Of a stretch of DNA of 64,000 nt, positions 34,243 to 43,995 are shown piece after piece. The DNA comes from Candidatus Brockarchaeota archaeon. GTDB taxonomy: Archaea > Thermoproteota > EX4484-205 > JAAOZP01. The DNA lies in NCBI GenBank assembly GCA_017601225.1, contig JAFNIX010000004.1, forward strand, positions 4,507 through 68,506. Reading direction: 5' to 3'. The position numbers and the translations under genes are program-made. The notes beneath the pieces were generated by a model that did no database searches, was not told where the DNA came from, and saw only the letters and a program-made list of their open reading frames with translations. Position 1 is the stretch's first letter. Every line of letters begins with the position of its first letter.

Positions 34243-36018
34243 ATGGCTGGCTGGATGGGCTCCATCGCCGAGGTAGACCTGTCTAGTTCAAAGATAATTT
34301 TTCGCGAATGGAACGAGGAGGAGAAGCTAAGGTTTATCGGTGGAAGAGGAGTAGGAGCTAAAATCATCTATGACAATGTTGGTCCCGAGGTTGACCCTTT
34401 AAGCAAGGATAACGTGCTGGTTTTTGCGGTTGGCCCGCTTACGGCAACAGCTGCGCCGACATCAGGCAGGTTCTCAGTGTCAACAAAATCCCCGTTGACA
34501 GGGACGGTGTTCGACGCGAACTCTGGAGGGTTTTTCGCAACCAAGTTCAAAGCATGCGGTATCGACGTACTCGTTATTCGAGGGGCAGCTCAAAACCCAG
34601 TTATAATATACATGGATGATAAGGACATTCAGGTTCTGGACGGGGAAAAATACTGGGGAATGAGAGTGTTTGAAGCCACGAGCATGTTGACTGAAAAGTT
34701 TGGGAAGGAAGCAAGAGTGGCCTGCATAGGCCCCGCTGGGGAAAACCTTGTGAGGATAGCGGGCATAATGAACGACTACTACAGGTCTGCTGCTAGAGGT
34801 GGGGTGGGTGCAGTAATGGGCTCCAAGAAGCTGAAGGCAATCGTTGCAAAAGGAAGTAAGACAGTTGAAATTGCTGATAAGGAGAATTTTCTCTTTGTAG
34901 TAGGCGAATGCAATAGGGTTTTTGGCCAGAATCCCATCACGAGTAAAGCCCTACCCAGGTTTGGAACGGCGGTTCTCGTAAACCTCATGAACGAGCTCGG
35001 TGTGCTTCCTGCTAAAAACTTTCAAGCAACCTTCCTGCCCGAGGCCAAGAACATTGCCGGCGAGGAAATAACTAGGAGGCTGCTGGTTAAGCCTAAAGCG
35101 TGCTTCGGATGCAGGATCGCGTGCGGCAGGGGAACCCGTTTAGACAGTGTTGAAGGCGAGGGACCAGAGTACGAGACTGTCTACGCACTCGGATCATGCT
35201 GCCTGCTTTGGGATTTGGAGACGATCTGGAGGGCGAACCATTTGTGCAACGACCTGGGGCTGGACACTATTTCAACAGGCGTGACAATAGCCTGCGCGAT
35301 GGAGCTTAGCGAGAAAGGCATGCTGCCTGAGAAGGTAAAATGGGGCGATGGGAATAAGATCGTCGAGCTGATTGAGAAAACAGCTTACAGGAACGGTTTA
35401 GGGAACGACCTTGCAGAGGGCTCGCGTAGGCTAGCCGAGAAATACGGGGATCCAGATGCAGCCATGCAGGTTAAAGGCTTGGAGCTGCCCGCCTACGACC
35501 CGCGGGGGGCTAAGGGACAGGGATTAGCATATGCTACAAGCAATAGGGGAGGCTGCCACCTAAGGTCGTATATGATAGGTCTGGAAATACTCGGGGTTCC
35601 TAAGAGAATAGACAGGTTTTCAACAGTCAACAAAGCCGGCCTAGTAATATATCAGCAGAATCTTTACTCAGCCATGGATACGCTTGTAGCCTGCAGGTTC
35701 ACGGGATACGGGCTTGACGAAGAATACTACTCAAGGATGCTTTCAGCAGCGACCGGTGTAAAGTATACGGCTGAAGACCTCATGCTCGTGGGTGAGAGAA
35801 TATGGAACCTCGAGAGGCTTTTCAACATTAGAGAGGGGTTTAGCAGGAAGGACGATACTCTTCCCAAGAGGCTTTTAAGCGAGCCGTTGACCAGTGGACC
35901 CACCAAGGGGCAGGTTGTTGAGCTTGACCAGATGCTTGAAGAATATTATAGAGCTAGGGGTTGGGATAAAGAGGGCCGTCCAACCAAGAGAACGCTTGAA
36001 AGACTTGGACTAGCCTAG
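34243..36018 (+). CDS. aor: Aldehyde:ferredoxin oxidoreductase family tungstopterin enzyme (second copy)
   Basis: 591 aa. It has the block GSIAEVDLSS..GGRGVGAKIIY, the [4Fe-4S] motif CFGCRIACGR and the C-terminal block VELDQMLEEYYRARGWD. Confidence 0.9.
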   Translation: MAGWMGSIAEVDLSSSKIIFREWNEEEKLRFIGGRGVGAKIIYDNVGPEVDPLSKDNVLVFAVGPLTATAAPTSGRFSVSTKSPLTGTVFDANSGGFFATKFKACGIDVLVIRGAAQNPVIIYMDDKDIQVLDGEKYWGMRVFEATSMLTEKFGKEARVACIGPAGENLVRIAGIMNDYYRSAARGGVGAVMGSKKLKAIVAKGSKTVEIADKENFLFVVGECNRVFGQNPITSKALPRFGTAVLVNLMNELGVLPAKNFQATFLPEAKNIAGEEITRRLLVKPKACFGCRIACGRGTRLDSVEGEGPEYETVYALGSCCLLWDLETIWRANHLCNDLGLDTISTGVTIACAMELSEKGMLPEKVKWGDGNKIVELIEKTAYRNGLGNDLAEGSRRLAEKYGDPDAAMQVKGLELPAYDPRGAKGQGLAYATSNRGGCHLRSYMIGLEILGVPKRIDRFSTVNKAGLVIYQQNLYSAMDTLVACRFTGYGLDEEYYSRMLSAATGVKYTAEDLMLVGERIWNLERLFNIREGFSRKDDTLPKRLLSEPLTSGPTKGQVVELDQMLEEYYRARGWDKEGRPTKRTLERLGLA

Positions 36019-36098
36019 TTGAGCATGAAAAGTCTAGTTTGGCTTAGCTAAGAAGCCTGAAGGCTTAAGTACCCAGCCGATGAGAAGGATTACGGAGA

Positions 36099-36713
36099 TT
36101 GGGTTCAAGCAATGTAAGCGAGGTTTGGAGGGAGATAAGCAAGTATGGTAAGAAGCTTTTCGACAAGGGCTACATGGTTAGCCACAGTGGGAACATAAGC
36201 GTTAGGGTTGGAGACAAGATGTATATTAAGAGGAGGGGCGCGGCTGCCGACGAGATAGGGCCGGAGGACGTTGTTGAAGTAGATCTTTTCGAGGAGGATA
36301 GTTCCATACTGTTAAGCTCCTCGGAAACCATGGTTCACAGGGCAATATACCTTAATACTTCAGCGTTAGCCGTTGTACACGCTCATCCCCCCTACTCCAT
36401 AGTCTGCTCGCTGATCTTCGACGAGATAATTCCGATGGATGCTGAGGGAGACTACGTGCTTAGAAAGATACCTGTGCTAGTTGTTAAAGAGGTGAGCGGC
36501 TCCAAGGAGCTCGAGGAAAAGGTTTCGGAGGCGCTTAAACACTACAAGGGGGTTGTGGTGAGGGGCCACGGAACATTCGCCGCGGCTAAGCTCCTGGAAG
36601 AGGCATACCACGTCACCTGTATGATTGAAGCTTCCTCTCAGATCCGGTATCTTGTGCACACGTCTGGAATACCACCAAAAAGAGATAAAACAGCTGAATT
36701 CACTAGATGGTAA
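36099..36713 (+). CDS. Class II aldolase/adducin-family protein (fuculose-phosphate aldolase / MtnB-like)
   Basis: 204 aa with a TTG start. The motifs SHSGNISVR and AVVHAHPPYS (metal His pattern) are present. Confidence 0.7.
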   Translation: MGSSNVSEVWREISKYGKKLFDKGYMVSHSGNISVRVGDKMYIKRRGAAADEIGPEDVVEVDLFEEDSSILLSSSETMVHRAIYLNTSALAVVHAHPPYSIVCSLIFDEIIPMDAEGDYVLRKIPVLVVKEVSGSKELEEKVSEALKHYKGVVVRGHGTFAAAKLLEEAYHVTCMIEASSQIRYLVHTSGIPPKRDKTAEFTRW

Positions 36714-36754
36714 AGCAGCCGGCTAATCCGTAATGACGACATACCTGTAAATTC

Positions 36755-38035
36755 TTATTGTGGGAGAGGTATTGCGGAAGGACCATCAGGAAGAAGAGTT
36801 ATCCTCCCCCTGGGCTTAAGGCTAAGAGCGATTTCTAAACCCTCCTTCAGGCTTTTCGCATGCATCATGTGCATGGATTCAACAGTCTTCGAATCCACAC
36901 CCCTTGAAACAACTACCACGCGAAACCTCTCTAAGACTTTCGCTAACACTTGAGCCTCCCATTGCGCCTCCCTCCATATTTCTCCAGCCCTAAGCCTAGT
37001 TAGGAACTCGCTTGGACTGCTTGAGGAGGCAAGCATCTCATAGAACCCCTGGTGCCCAACACCGTCGACGCATTCGCCACATGCCACTATTACGCCGCCC
37101 TCCTTGGCTATTAGGGCGCCGTTTGAAATCCCTTTAACAAGCTGGTAGAGGTTTCTGTCCAGAGGATAGCCACCGTTTGAAGTTATTACTATGTCTCCTG
37201 GAACCGGTTTTACACCACAGCATTTTAATGTGAAAACACGTCCGCATCTATGAGCCTCAACAGGGTCGCCTGCGAATGTTGAAATAATCTGCTTCCTCCC
37301 GTCTAACACGACGTTCAGAATGAAGCGAAGTTTCGCCAGACGCGCTGCCTCCAGCATCTCCCCGTATATCGGGTTTCCCTCTGCAACCCCGCATCTCGCG
37401 TTTGGATGATCAATATTTCTAGGAGAGTGATTGCCCATTATTGTTTCAACTCCTGAAACACCGGGTAGAATGCTCTTCGGCCCGCCGGTGAAACCTGCGA
37501 AGAAGTGGCCCTCAATATATCCTTCAGCAACCACCAGCTCAGCCTCTCTTAAAAGAGTGTTTACGTAAAGCTCGTTGCCGGTTGATAACGATCCAAGGTT
37601 AGCCAGCGAGTCAATGTTTTTAGCTGAGTGAATAACAACTTCCTCTAAATAGTCCAGCGCCTGACCGAACTTCTCTTTCAACTCGCTCCTACTTGGAGAC
37701 CATTCGTGCAGCCCGGTAGCCACTAACAGCCTTATGGAAGACTGTGGAGATGCCTTTTTCATTCTCGCAACAAGCCTAGGAAGAGTGGTTTTGCTTGGGA
37801 CAGGCCTAGTGTTATCGCTGGTAATAATCAGAATCCTGCCTGCCTTCTCAGCGAGCTCATCAAGGCTTTTAGACCCTATTGGCTTCGATAAAGCGTTTTC
37901 AACACTAAAATCAGGGTTAGCAGGAATGGGCCAAGATGGCTCGAGATGAGCCTGAATTCTAGAATCCTCGACCTCACACTCTTCAAAGCTTCTGCCGAAA
38001 GGTATCCTAACCAGCATGAAACCTAGTTGTTTCAA
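36755..38035 (-). CDS. LarA-like nickel-pincer-dependent 2-hydroxyacid racemase/epimerase family protein
   Basis: 426 aa. The motifs ITSDNTRPVP, HFFAGFTGGPKSILPG and GNHS are typical of the LarA/DUF2088 family. Confidence 0.75.
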   Translation of the reverse strand: MKQLGFMLVRIPFGRSFEECEVEDSRIQAHLEPSWPIPANPDFSVENALSKPIGSKSLDELAEKAGRILIITSDNTRPVPSKTTLPRLVARMKKASPQSSIRLLVATGLHEWSPSRSELKEKFGQALDYLEEVVIHSAKNIDSLANLGSLSTGNELYVNTLLREAELVVAEGYIEGHFFAGFTGGPKSILPGVSGVETIMGNHSPRNIDHPNARCGVAEGNPIYGEMLEAARLAKLRFILNVVLDGRKQIISTFAGDPVEAHRCGRVFTLKCCGVKPVPGDIVITSNGGYPLDRNLYQLVKGISNGALIAKEGGVIVACGECVDGVGHQGFYEMLASSSSPSEFLTRLRAGEIWREAQWEAQVLAKVLERFRVVVVSRGVDSKTVESMHMMHAKSLKEGLEIALSLKPRGRITLLPDGPSAIPLPQ

Positions 38036-38066
38036 TGGTTTATATCTTTAATTGCTGTCTGATTCC

Positions 38067-38113
38067 CGATAACAGTAAAGTTTATATATCGTTATCGATA
38101 TCGGCATCGATAT
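38067..38113 (+). promoter_or_regulatory. padR promoter with flanking palindromes (candidate operator)
   Basis: The inverted repeat CGATAAC (38067-38073) / GTTATCG (38091-38097) brackets the TATA-like TTTATATA (38081-38088). It is followed by two copies of ATCGATAT (38094-38101 and 38106-38113), the second running into the ATG at 38112. Confidence 0.4.
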
Positions 38114-38648
38114 GTTTATACACTGGATGAGGCACATGGCTTGCGCGCCGAAAGGGCTTCTCAGATACCTTATTCTAGAGAAATTAAGCGAGAAACCGAT
38201 GTCCGGCTCTGAATTAATGGATAGGATTGAGGAGGAGAGCCACGGAGCTTGGAGACCGAGTCCAGGCTCAATATACCCATTGCTTACATGGCTGCAGGAA
38301 AAAGGGTTCGTAAAGGCTCTTCCTAGAGATGAGACAGGGATTAAACGCTATGAGTTGACTGATAAGGGTAGAAAACTTCTTGAGGAAAAGGATAAGATAA
38401 GGGAGAAGCTTGTTGAAAAAATGGTTTCTTTCCCACTCTTAATACCACCGCCTCCTTTCGTCAGCAGGCTTCCAGAAGATAGGCTAGGCGAGCTTCACAA
38501 GCCTATTAAACGTCTTTTCATAGCCTTCAGAGAATTCATGATTCTTTCAAAAGACAAGGCAACTAAAGAGGATCTTGCAGAAGTAGGCAGGGTGCTCGAG
38601 GAAGCCGCTGAGAAAATAGAGGAATTAAACAGGAAGTTCGGGAGGTAG
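38112..38648 (+). CDS. PadR-family transcriptional regulator
   Basis: 178 aa. The winged-helix block is LLRYLILEKLSEKPMSGSELMDRIEE...PSPGSIYPLLTWLQEKGFV. It is the first gene of a tightly packed plus-strand gene string. Confidence 0.85.
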   Translation: MFIHWMRHMACAPKGLLRYLILEKLSEKPMSGSELMDRIEEESHGAWRPSPGSIYPLLTWLQEKGFVKALPRDETGIKRYELTDKGRKLLEEKDKIREKLVEKMVSFPLLIPPPPFVSRLPEDRLGELHKPIKRLFIAFREFMILSKDKATKEDLAEVGRVLEEAAEKIEELNRKFGR

Positions 38649-38655
38649 ATTCAGA

Positions 38656-39660
38656 ATGGTTGAGGAAGTCATAGTTGCTAGAGGTCTTACTAAGGTTTTC
38701 AACAGGAATCTGGTTGCAGTCGACCATGTGAGCTTCAGCGTTAAACATGGTGAAATCTTTGGTTTCCTCGGTCCTAATGGTGCAGGCAAGACAACCACCA
38801 TAAACATGCTTATAACTGTTTTAAGGCCGACAGAAGGCACGGCAACTGTTCTAGGATACGACGTTGTGAAGCAGGCTAACGAGGTTAGAAGGGTTATTGG
38901 CGTGGTTCCACAAGAGTACACGGCTGACGAGGATTTAACAGGCTACGAGAACATAATTCTATGTGCAGACCTCTACGGCATTCCCCGTGAAGTCTCGAAG
39001 AAGAGGGCTGTTGAACTGCTAGAGCTTGTTGAACTCACCGGCTTCAAAGATAAGAAGGTTGAAACCTATTCCGGGGGGATGAGGCGAAGGCTTGAGCTCG
39101 CATGCGGCCTGGTAAACAGGCCGAGAGTTCTTTTCCTAGATGAGCCAACACTCGGTTTAGACGTTCAAACTAGGGCTGCAACATGGAACTATATTGAGAG
39201 GTTGAAAGAGGAATATGACATGACTATTTTCATGACGACACACTATTTGGAGGAAGCCGACACCCTGTGCGACCGCATAGCAATAATCGACTATGGGAAA
39301 ATCATCGTAACCGGGGACCCGGAAGAATTGAAGCATAGTTTAGGCGGCGACATCATAACGATAAGCGTAAAGGAGGATGCTGACATTAGTGATTTAATCC
39401 GCAGCGTTGAAAACGTTAAGGAGGTTAGAAACGAGAACGGCTCCTACAGGATCAAGGTGGAATCCGGGGAGGTGACGGCTCCTCTTGTAATCGAGGCTCT
39501 CAGAAGGAATGGTTATACTGTGACTAGGCTTTCGCTTACAGAACCTACTTTAAACGAGGTTTATCTGGAATACACTGGCAGGTCTATGCGTGACACGGAG
39601 GAGTCTAAAGAGGCTTTTCGAAGCCAGAGGCTGACTATCAGGAGGGCGAGGGCAAGATGA
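38656..39660 (+). CDS. ABC transporter ATP-binding protein (DrrA-like)
   Basis: 334 aa. Motifs present: Walker A GPNGAGKTT, signature YSGGMRRRL and Walker B VLFLDEPT. Confidence 0.9.
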   Translation: MVEEVIVARGLTKVFNRNLVAVDHVSFSVKHGEIFGFLGPNGAGKTTTINMLITVLRPTEGTATVLGYDVVKQANEVRRVIGVVPQEYTADEDLTGYENIILCADLYGIPREVSKKRAVELLELVELTGFKDKKVETYSGGMRRRLELACGLVNRPRVLFLDEPTLGLDVQTRAATWNYIERLKEEYDMTIFMTTHYLEEADTLCDRIAIIDYGKIIVTGDPEELKHSLGGDIITISVKEDADISDLIRSVENVKEVRNENGSYRIKVESGEVTAPLVIEALRRNGYTVTRLSLTEPTLNEVYLEYTGRSMRDTEESKEAFRSQRLTIRRARAR

Positions 39661-40616
39661 GCAGGGCTAACGAGTATCATCCGAGCCTTCTCCGCGGCCT
39701 GTGGGCTTTAACCGTCAGAGAGCTTAAAAAATGGTTAAACGACCCCGTAATGCTTCTAATGCTCGTAATCCAGCCTTTAATCTGGATGGGGCTTCTAGGG
39801 AAGTCGATGAACCTGGGCGCAATGTTCTCCGCAAGCAACCTGGGCAATATAGAGGTCCCGGAGAAAATTCCGATACCTGGAAACTACGTGACCCCTCCGG
39901 CTAACGGAATAATATATGTTAGCGGCATAATGGTTTCCCAGATAATCCAGCAAATGGTCTCAGATATTGGTGGAAACGTTATGAGGAATGTGTTCGGCGT
40001 CACGGATTACTTCAGCTACATGTCTATCGGCATGATCTCCATGATAGTTATGACCACGACGATGTTCAGCGGGATGTCTATAGTTTGGGACAGGCGTCTA
40101 GGGTTCCTTGATAAAGTTTTAAGCACACCTGTGCCACGAGGAGCGATAATCTTTTCAAAGGTTCTTAATGCGACTTTAAGGGCGATGCTTCAGGCAACGA
40201 TAATCCTGGCTCTAGCAACAATATTCGGATTGCAGTTGAGCCAAAGCTTCACCCTGCTTAACATGTTTGGTGTTTACGCTGCAATATTCCTTCTCAGCGT
40301 TGGGCTTTCATCGGTTTTCTTAGCGTTCTCCCTGAGGTCAACTAAGTTGGAGAGGCCAATGCAATTCGTAAGCTTGATCACTATGCCGCTGATGTTTGCA
40401 AGCAACACTTTATTCCCAATCACTTTAATGCCGGGTTGGTTGCAGGCGGTGGCTTACGTTAACCCGCTAAGCTATATGACAGACGCTTTAAGACAGTTGA
40501 CAATCCTGACTTTAGACGTTTCTAAGCTTATCACCGACTTCATATACCTAGGTTTCTTCGCCGCCGTACTTTCTTCAATAGGAATAATGCTTTCCTGGAG
40601 GTATCTGTCCAAGTAG
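39657..40616 (+). CDS. ABC-2 type transporter permease
   Basis: 319 aa with 6 hydrophobic segments. A 4-nt overlap with the upstream ATPase gene links the two. Confidence 0.8.
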   Translation: MSRANEYHPSLLRGLWALTVRELKKWLNDPVMLLMLVIQPLIWMGLLGKSMNLGAMFSASNLGNIEVPEKIPIPGNYVTPPANGIIYVSGIMVSQIIQQMVSDIGGNVMRNVFGVTDYFSYMSIGMISMIVMTTTMFSGMSIVWDRRLGFLDKVLSTPVPRGAIIFSKVLNATLRAMLQATIILALATIFGLQLSQSFTLLNMFGVYAAIFLLSVGLSSVFLAFSLRSTKLERPMQFVSLITMPLMFASNTLFPITLMPGWLQAVAYVNPLSYMTDALRQLTILTLDVSKLITDFIYLGFFAAVLSSIGIMLSWRYLSK

Positions 40617-40630
40617 GATGGAGTTGGAAA

Positions 40631-41317
40631 ATGACCGGGACCATCATTAAAACTGTTGATCTAAGAAAAACCTACATGCAGGGCAAGATTCCGGTTGAAG
40701 CTCTGCGTGGCGTAAACCTAGAGGTGGGGGAGGGCGAGTTTCTTTCCGTATTAGGTCCTTCGGGAAGCGGAAAGTCGACTCTTCTAAATCTAATAGGGGC
40801 TTTAGACAAGCCTACAGGGGGAAGGCTTTTCATCGAAAACATTGATGTGTCAGCCTTGAATGAGAATCAGCTTGCGGATTTAAGAATGAGAATCGGCTTC
40901 GTCTTCCAATTCTTCAACCTTATTCCAAGGTTTACAGCAAGGGAGAATGTTGAACTACCAATGTCAATAGCCGGCTTAAGCAAGGGTGAGAGGAGAAAAC
41001 GCGCTGAGGAACTCTTGCAGATGGTTGGCTTAGCAAGCAGGATGAACCATAAGCCGACGGAGCTCAGTGGGGGGGAGCAGCAACGCGTCGCAATTGCCAG
41101 AGCCCTGGCCAACAACCCTAGATTCCTACTTATGGATGAACCTACTGGAAACATAGACTCTAAAAATGCTTATGAAATAATAAGGCTTGTAAAGAGGCTT
41201 AACGAGGATAAGGGTGTAACCATAATAATGGTTACTCATGATCAGCGTTTGGCTGAGGAAGCAAAGAGGATAGTGTACATGCTTGACGGCACGATTGTCA
41301 TGGAGAAGGTGAGGTGA
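40631..41317 (+). CDS. MacB/LolD/FtsE-type ABC ATP-binding protein
   Basis: 228 aa. Motifs present: Walker [10 protein letters not shown], signature [15 protein letters not shown] and Walker [11 protein letters not shown]. Confidence 0.9.
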   Translation: MTGTIIKTVDLRKTYMQGKIPVEALRGVNLEVGEGEFLSVLGPSGSGKSTLLNLIGALDKPTGGRLFIENIDVSALNENQLADLRMRIGFVFQFFNLIPRFTARENVELPMSIAGLSKGERRKRAEELLQMVGLASRMNHKPTELSGGEQQRVAIARALANNPRFLLMDEPTGNIDSKNAYEIIRLVKRLNEDKGVTIIMVTHDQRLAEEAKRIVYMLDGTIVMEKVR

Positions 41318-41318
41318 A

Positions 41319-42596
41319 ATGAGGATAATAGACATGTTTTCATATGCTTTCAGCGCAATAAGACTGCGGAAGCTCAGAGCCGGTTTAACAACCCTAGGCG
41401 TAGTCATTGGAATAGCAGCCATAGTGGCACTGCTCTCAATAACTCAGGGGCTTCAAGTCGCGATATCCTCGCAGCTTCAGAGGGGTTTTGCAACAGACAC
41501 TCTTATCGTTACCGCAGGCGGGGGTTTGGGTGGCGTGAACGAATTCAACTTATTGGTTAAGGATGCTCAAACAATAAAAGAGATAGGGAACGTTACTGCC
41601 TCGATAGCAGTGATCCAAAGAATATGCTATATAAGAATGCCTTATGGGCAGACACGTCGAGTTACAGTAACTGGCGTCGACTTTGCAGCTTACAAGGAGA
41701 TTTACAGCAGCACGTTCGTAGCCGAGGAGGGGGAGATCCCGTTGAACCCTGAAGACGATTTTATCATTGTAGGAAAGCAGGTGAGCGACCCTTGGAGTAA
41801 CGGAACAATTCTCTGCAGGACTGGCGACGCGTTAGAGATACTTTGGACCAACACGACTACAAGGCCACTTAGAAACGAAACGTATTTAGGTAGAGTAGTG
41901 GCTGTTCTCAGAGAGATCGGGGGATTCACAATCGGTGGTCCCTCAGATAACAGGATATATATTCCGATTTCGAAGGCTCAAAGCTTCTTCGGAACTGAAA
42001 CCTGCGAAATGATAATCGTTAAGTTGAGGAATGACGATAGGGCCACGATTGACAGTGCGGCGAAAGCCATAAGGGAAGCCTTAGGAGGCAGGGTAGCGGT
42101 CACCTCTTCAACAGCCGTCTTAAACATAATTTCAAGCGTCTTCTCAACGATCGAGCTATTCCTAGCCGGGATCGCAGCGATCTCGCTTCTAGTAGCAGGG
42201 ATAGGCATAATGAACATTATGATTGTATCAGTGATGGAACGCACTAGGGAAATAGGCATACTGAAGGCCTTAGGCATGAAGAATCGCCAGGTGCTGCTGA
42301 TATTCTTATGCGAGGCAGCCATAATAGGTCTGCTAGGCACTTTAATCGGAATCGGCGCAGGCTGGAGCTTAGCGCAAATTGTTTTAAGAATATTCGGCTC
42401 CTCGGGTGGAGCAGGCATCATGCGTCAGGGAAACCAAGCGGCAGTGTCAAACGGTATCACGATAACACCGGTCCTAACTCCAACAGTTATACTGGGAGCC
42501 ATCGTCTTCGGCCTAATGGTCACTATGGTATTCGCTCTCTACCCTGCTTGGAAAGCTTCAAAACTTAAACCTGTGGAGGCACTAAGGTATGAGTAG
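41319..42596 (+). CDS. FtsX/MacB-type ABC permease with extracytoplasmic domain
   Basis: 425 aa. The N-terminal block is AIRLRKLRAGLTTLGVVIGIAAIVAL. The FtsX-domain block is SVMERTREIGILKALGMKNRQVLLIFLCEA. Confidence 0.85.
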   Translation: MRIIDMFSYAFSAIRLRKLRAGLTTLGVVIGIAAIVALLSITQGLQVAISSQLQRGFATDTLIVTAGGGLGGVNEFNLLVKDAQTIKEIGNVTASIAVIQRICYIRMPYGQTRRVTVTGVDFAAYKEIYSSTFVAEEGEIPLNPEDDFIIVGKQVSDPWSNGTILCRTGDALEILWTNTTTRPLRNETYLGRVVAVLREIGGFTIGGPSDNRIYIPISKAQSFFGTETCEMIIVKLRNDDRATIDSAAKAIREALGGRVAVTSSTAVLNIISSVFSTIELFLAGIAAISLLVAGIGIMNIMIVSVMERTREIGILKALGMKNRQVLLIFLCEAAIIGLLGTLIGIGAGWSLAQIVLRIFGSSGGAGIMRQGNQAAVSNGITITPVLTPTVILGAIVFGLMVTMVFALYPAWKASKLKPVEALRYE

Positions 42597-43995
42597 GGAA
42601 GTGGCTTCCAGCAGATGTAGAACGAGCTTTGGCATACCCATGGGTAGTCCAACTGGTTTTAAAACCAGGCCAACAGCTACAATAATCATAATACTGGTTA
42701 ATGTTTTAATATACGTCTTAACCTCATACGAGAGTTTCTTCATAGAGACCAGTGACTACTGGGTGAGCATGGGTGGTTTCATCCCCTCGCTTATAGAAAC
42801 CCCATTTCAATGGTATAGGGTTTTCACATCCATGTTTCTCCACGCCGATTTCTTCCACATACTCTTCAACATGTATTTCCTATATGTTTTCGGCAGGGCT
42901 GTTGAAAGCATTCTAGGCAAGTTAAGATTTCTACTCTTATACTTGACAGCGGGGGTTGCAGCATCCATATTCCACACTGCGTTTAGCTTTCTAGGCGGGC
43001 TTTCAGCCTACACGGTTCCTGCGATAGGCGCCTCTGGAGCGATCAGTGGAATACTTGGGGCGTATCTCATACTTTACCCGGGCACATATCTTGTAGTAGG
43101 CTGGGGCTTCATACTCCTCCCAATGTTTTTCAGAATCAAGGCCGCCTACTACATAATTTTTTGGTTCGCAACACAGGTGATTTACGGCTTCACTAGGACT
43201 GCGGGAAGCACGGCAGTGTTTGCTCACGCAGGAGGATTCGTAATGGGAATAGCGTTGCTTCCGCTCCTTGCCGACAAAAGGAGGATCGCCATGTTCAGAA
43301 TGCTACGGGCATACAGCCTCCTCCCCTACTTGATGCCTATCAACCTGAAGACAAGGGGGCTAGGCTTTTTCTCCAAAACCATTATCACAGTTTTCATGGT
43401 TTTGCTTTTAGCTGGAGCAGCCTACGCCTCCTCAGGGTTGGCTGTTCAAGGCACTATTAAGTCAACGACAATCCAATATACGTGTGAGAGCGTTCCCTAT
43501 GTTGACTACGTGGGCATACAGCTGCCCGACTTGGAATCTCAGATTGCCAGTGTATCTCTGGACACTACGAGAATATTGCTAAACAGGTTGAACGCTGCAG
43601 AATTGCTCTACAACACGACTAATTCTAATGGCGAGATCGTTTTAAGCGGCAAAAGTACTGGGCTCCCGGTAATGGTGAGAGTAGGATCAACAGTCAGCAT
43701 TGTCAACGTGAATACGACGATACATTATTTTATTGGAACCTACGATTCCGACGGGTTCCTGAGCAGTGGTGAGGGAAACTTGACAACGCGGGCAGTAAGC
43801 ATCGTCCTATATGGACAGCTATATCGGATTGTGGAGAGCGAACCGATCAACTACGTTTTCAAAGTAGCGTCTCAGACGGTTGATTTAACGGGCCTTACGA
43901 GATACATGGGAGCATTATCGGCATCCACAGCGCTGGCAGCATTATTCGTAGTGGTTAAAAAGGATGGAGAATTAACACTCGTAGAAGAAAGGTGA
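42589..43995 (+). CDS. Rhomboid-family intramembrane serine protease with an extra TM and ~200 aa C-terminal extracytoplasmic extension
   Basis: 468 aa. Motifs present: HADFFHILFNM (H-x3-N), GASGAISG (GxSG catalytic Ser) and AHAGGFVMG (catalytic His). The start overlaps the FtsX permease stop by 8 nt. Confidence 0.8.
   Translation: MSREVASSRCRTSFGIPMGSPTGFKTRPTATIIIILVNVLIYVLTSYESFFIETSDYWVSMGGFIPSLIETPFQWYRVFTSMFLHADFFHILFNMYFLYVFGRAVESILGKLRFLLLYLTAGVAASIFHTAFSFLGGLSAYTVPAIGASGAISGILGAYLILYPGTYLVVGWGFILLPMFFRIKAAYYIIFWFATQVIYGFTRTAGSTAVFAHAGGFVMGIALLPLLADKRRIAMFRMLRAYSLLPYLMPINLKTRGLGFFSKTIITVFMVLLLAGAAYASSGLAVQGTIKSTTIQYTCESVPYVDYVGIQLPDLESQIASVSLDTTRILLNRLNAAELLYNTTNSNGEIVLSGKSTGLPVMVRVGSTVSIVNVNTTIHYFIGTYDSDGFLSSGEGNLTTRAVSIVLYGQLYRIVESEPINYVFKVASQTVDLTGLTRYMGALSASTALAALFVVVKKDGELTLVEER

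Noticed and set aside
41978-42421. 147 aa antisense ORF inside the FtsX permease gene.
   Set aside because: The sense frame contains the canonical FtsX-domain block (ERTREIGILKALG). The antisense ORF is a shadow.
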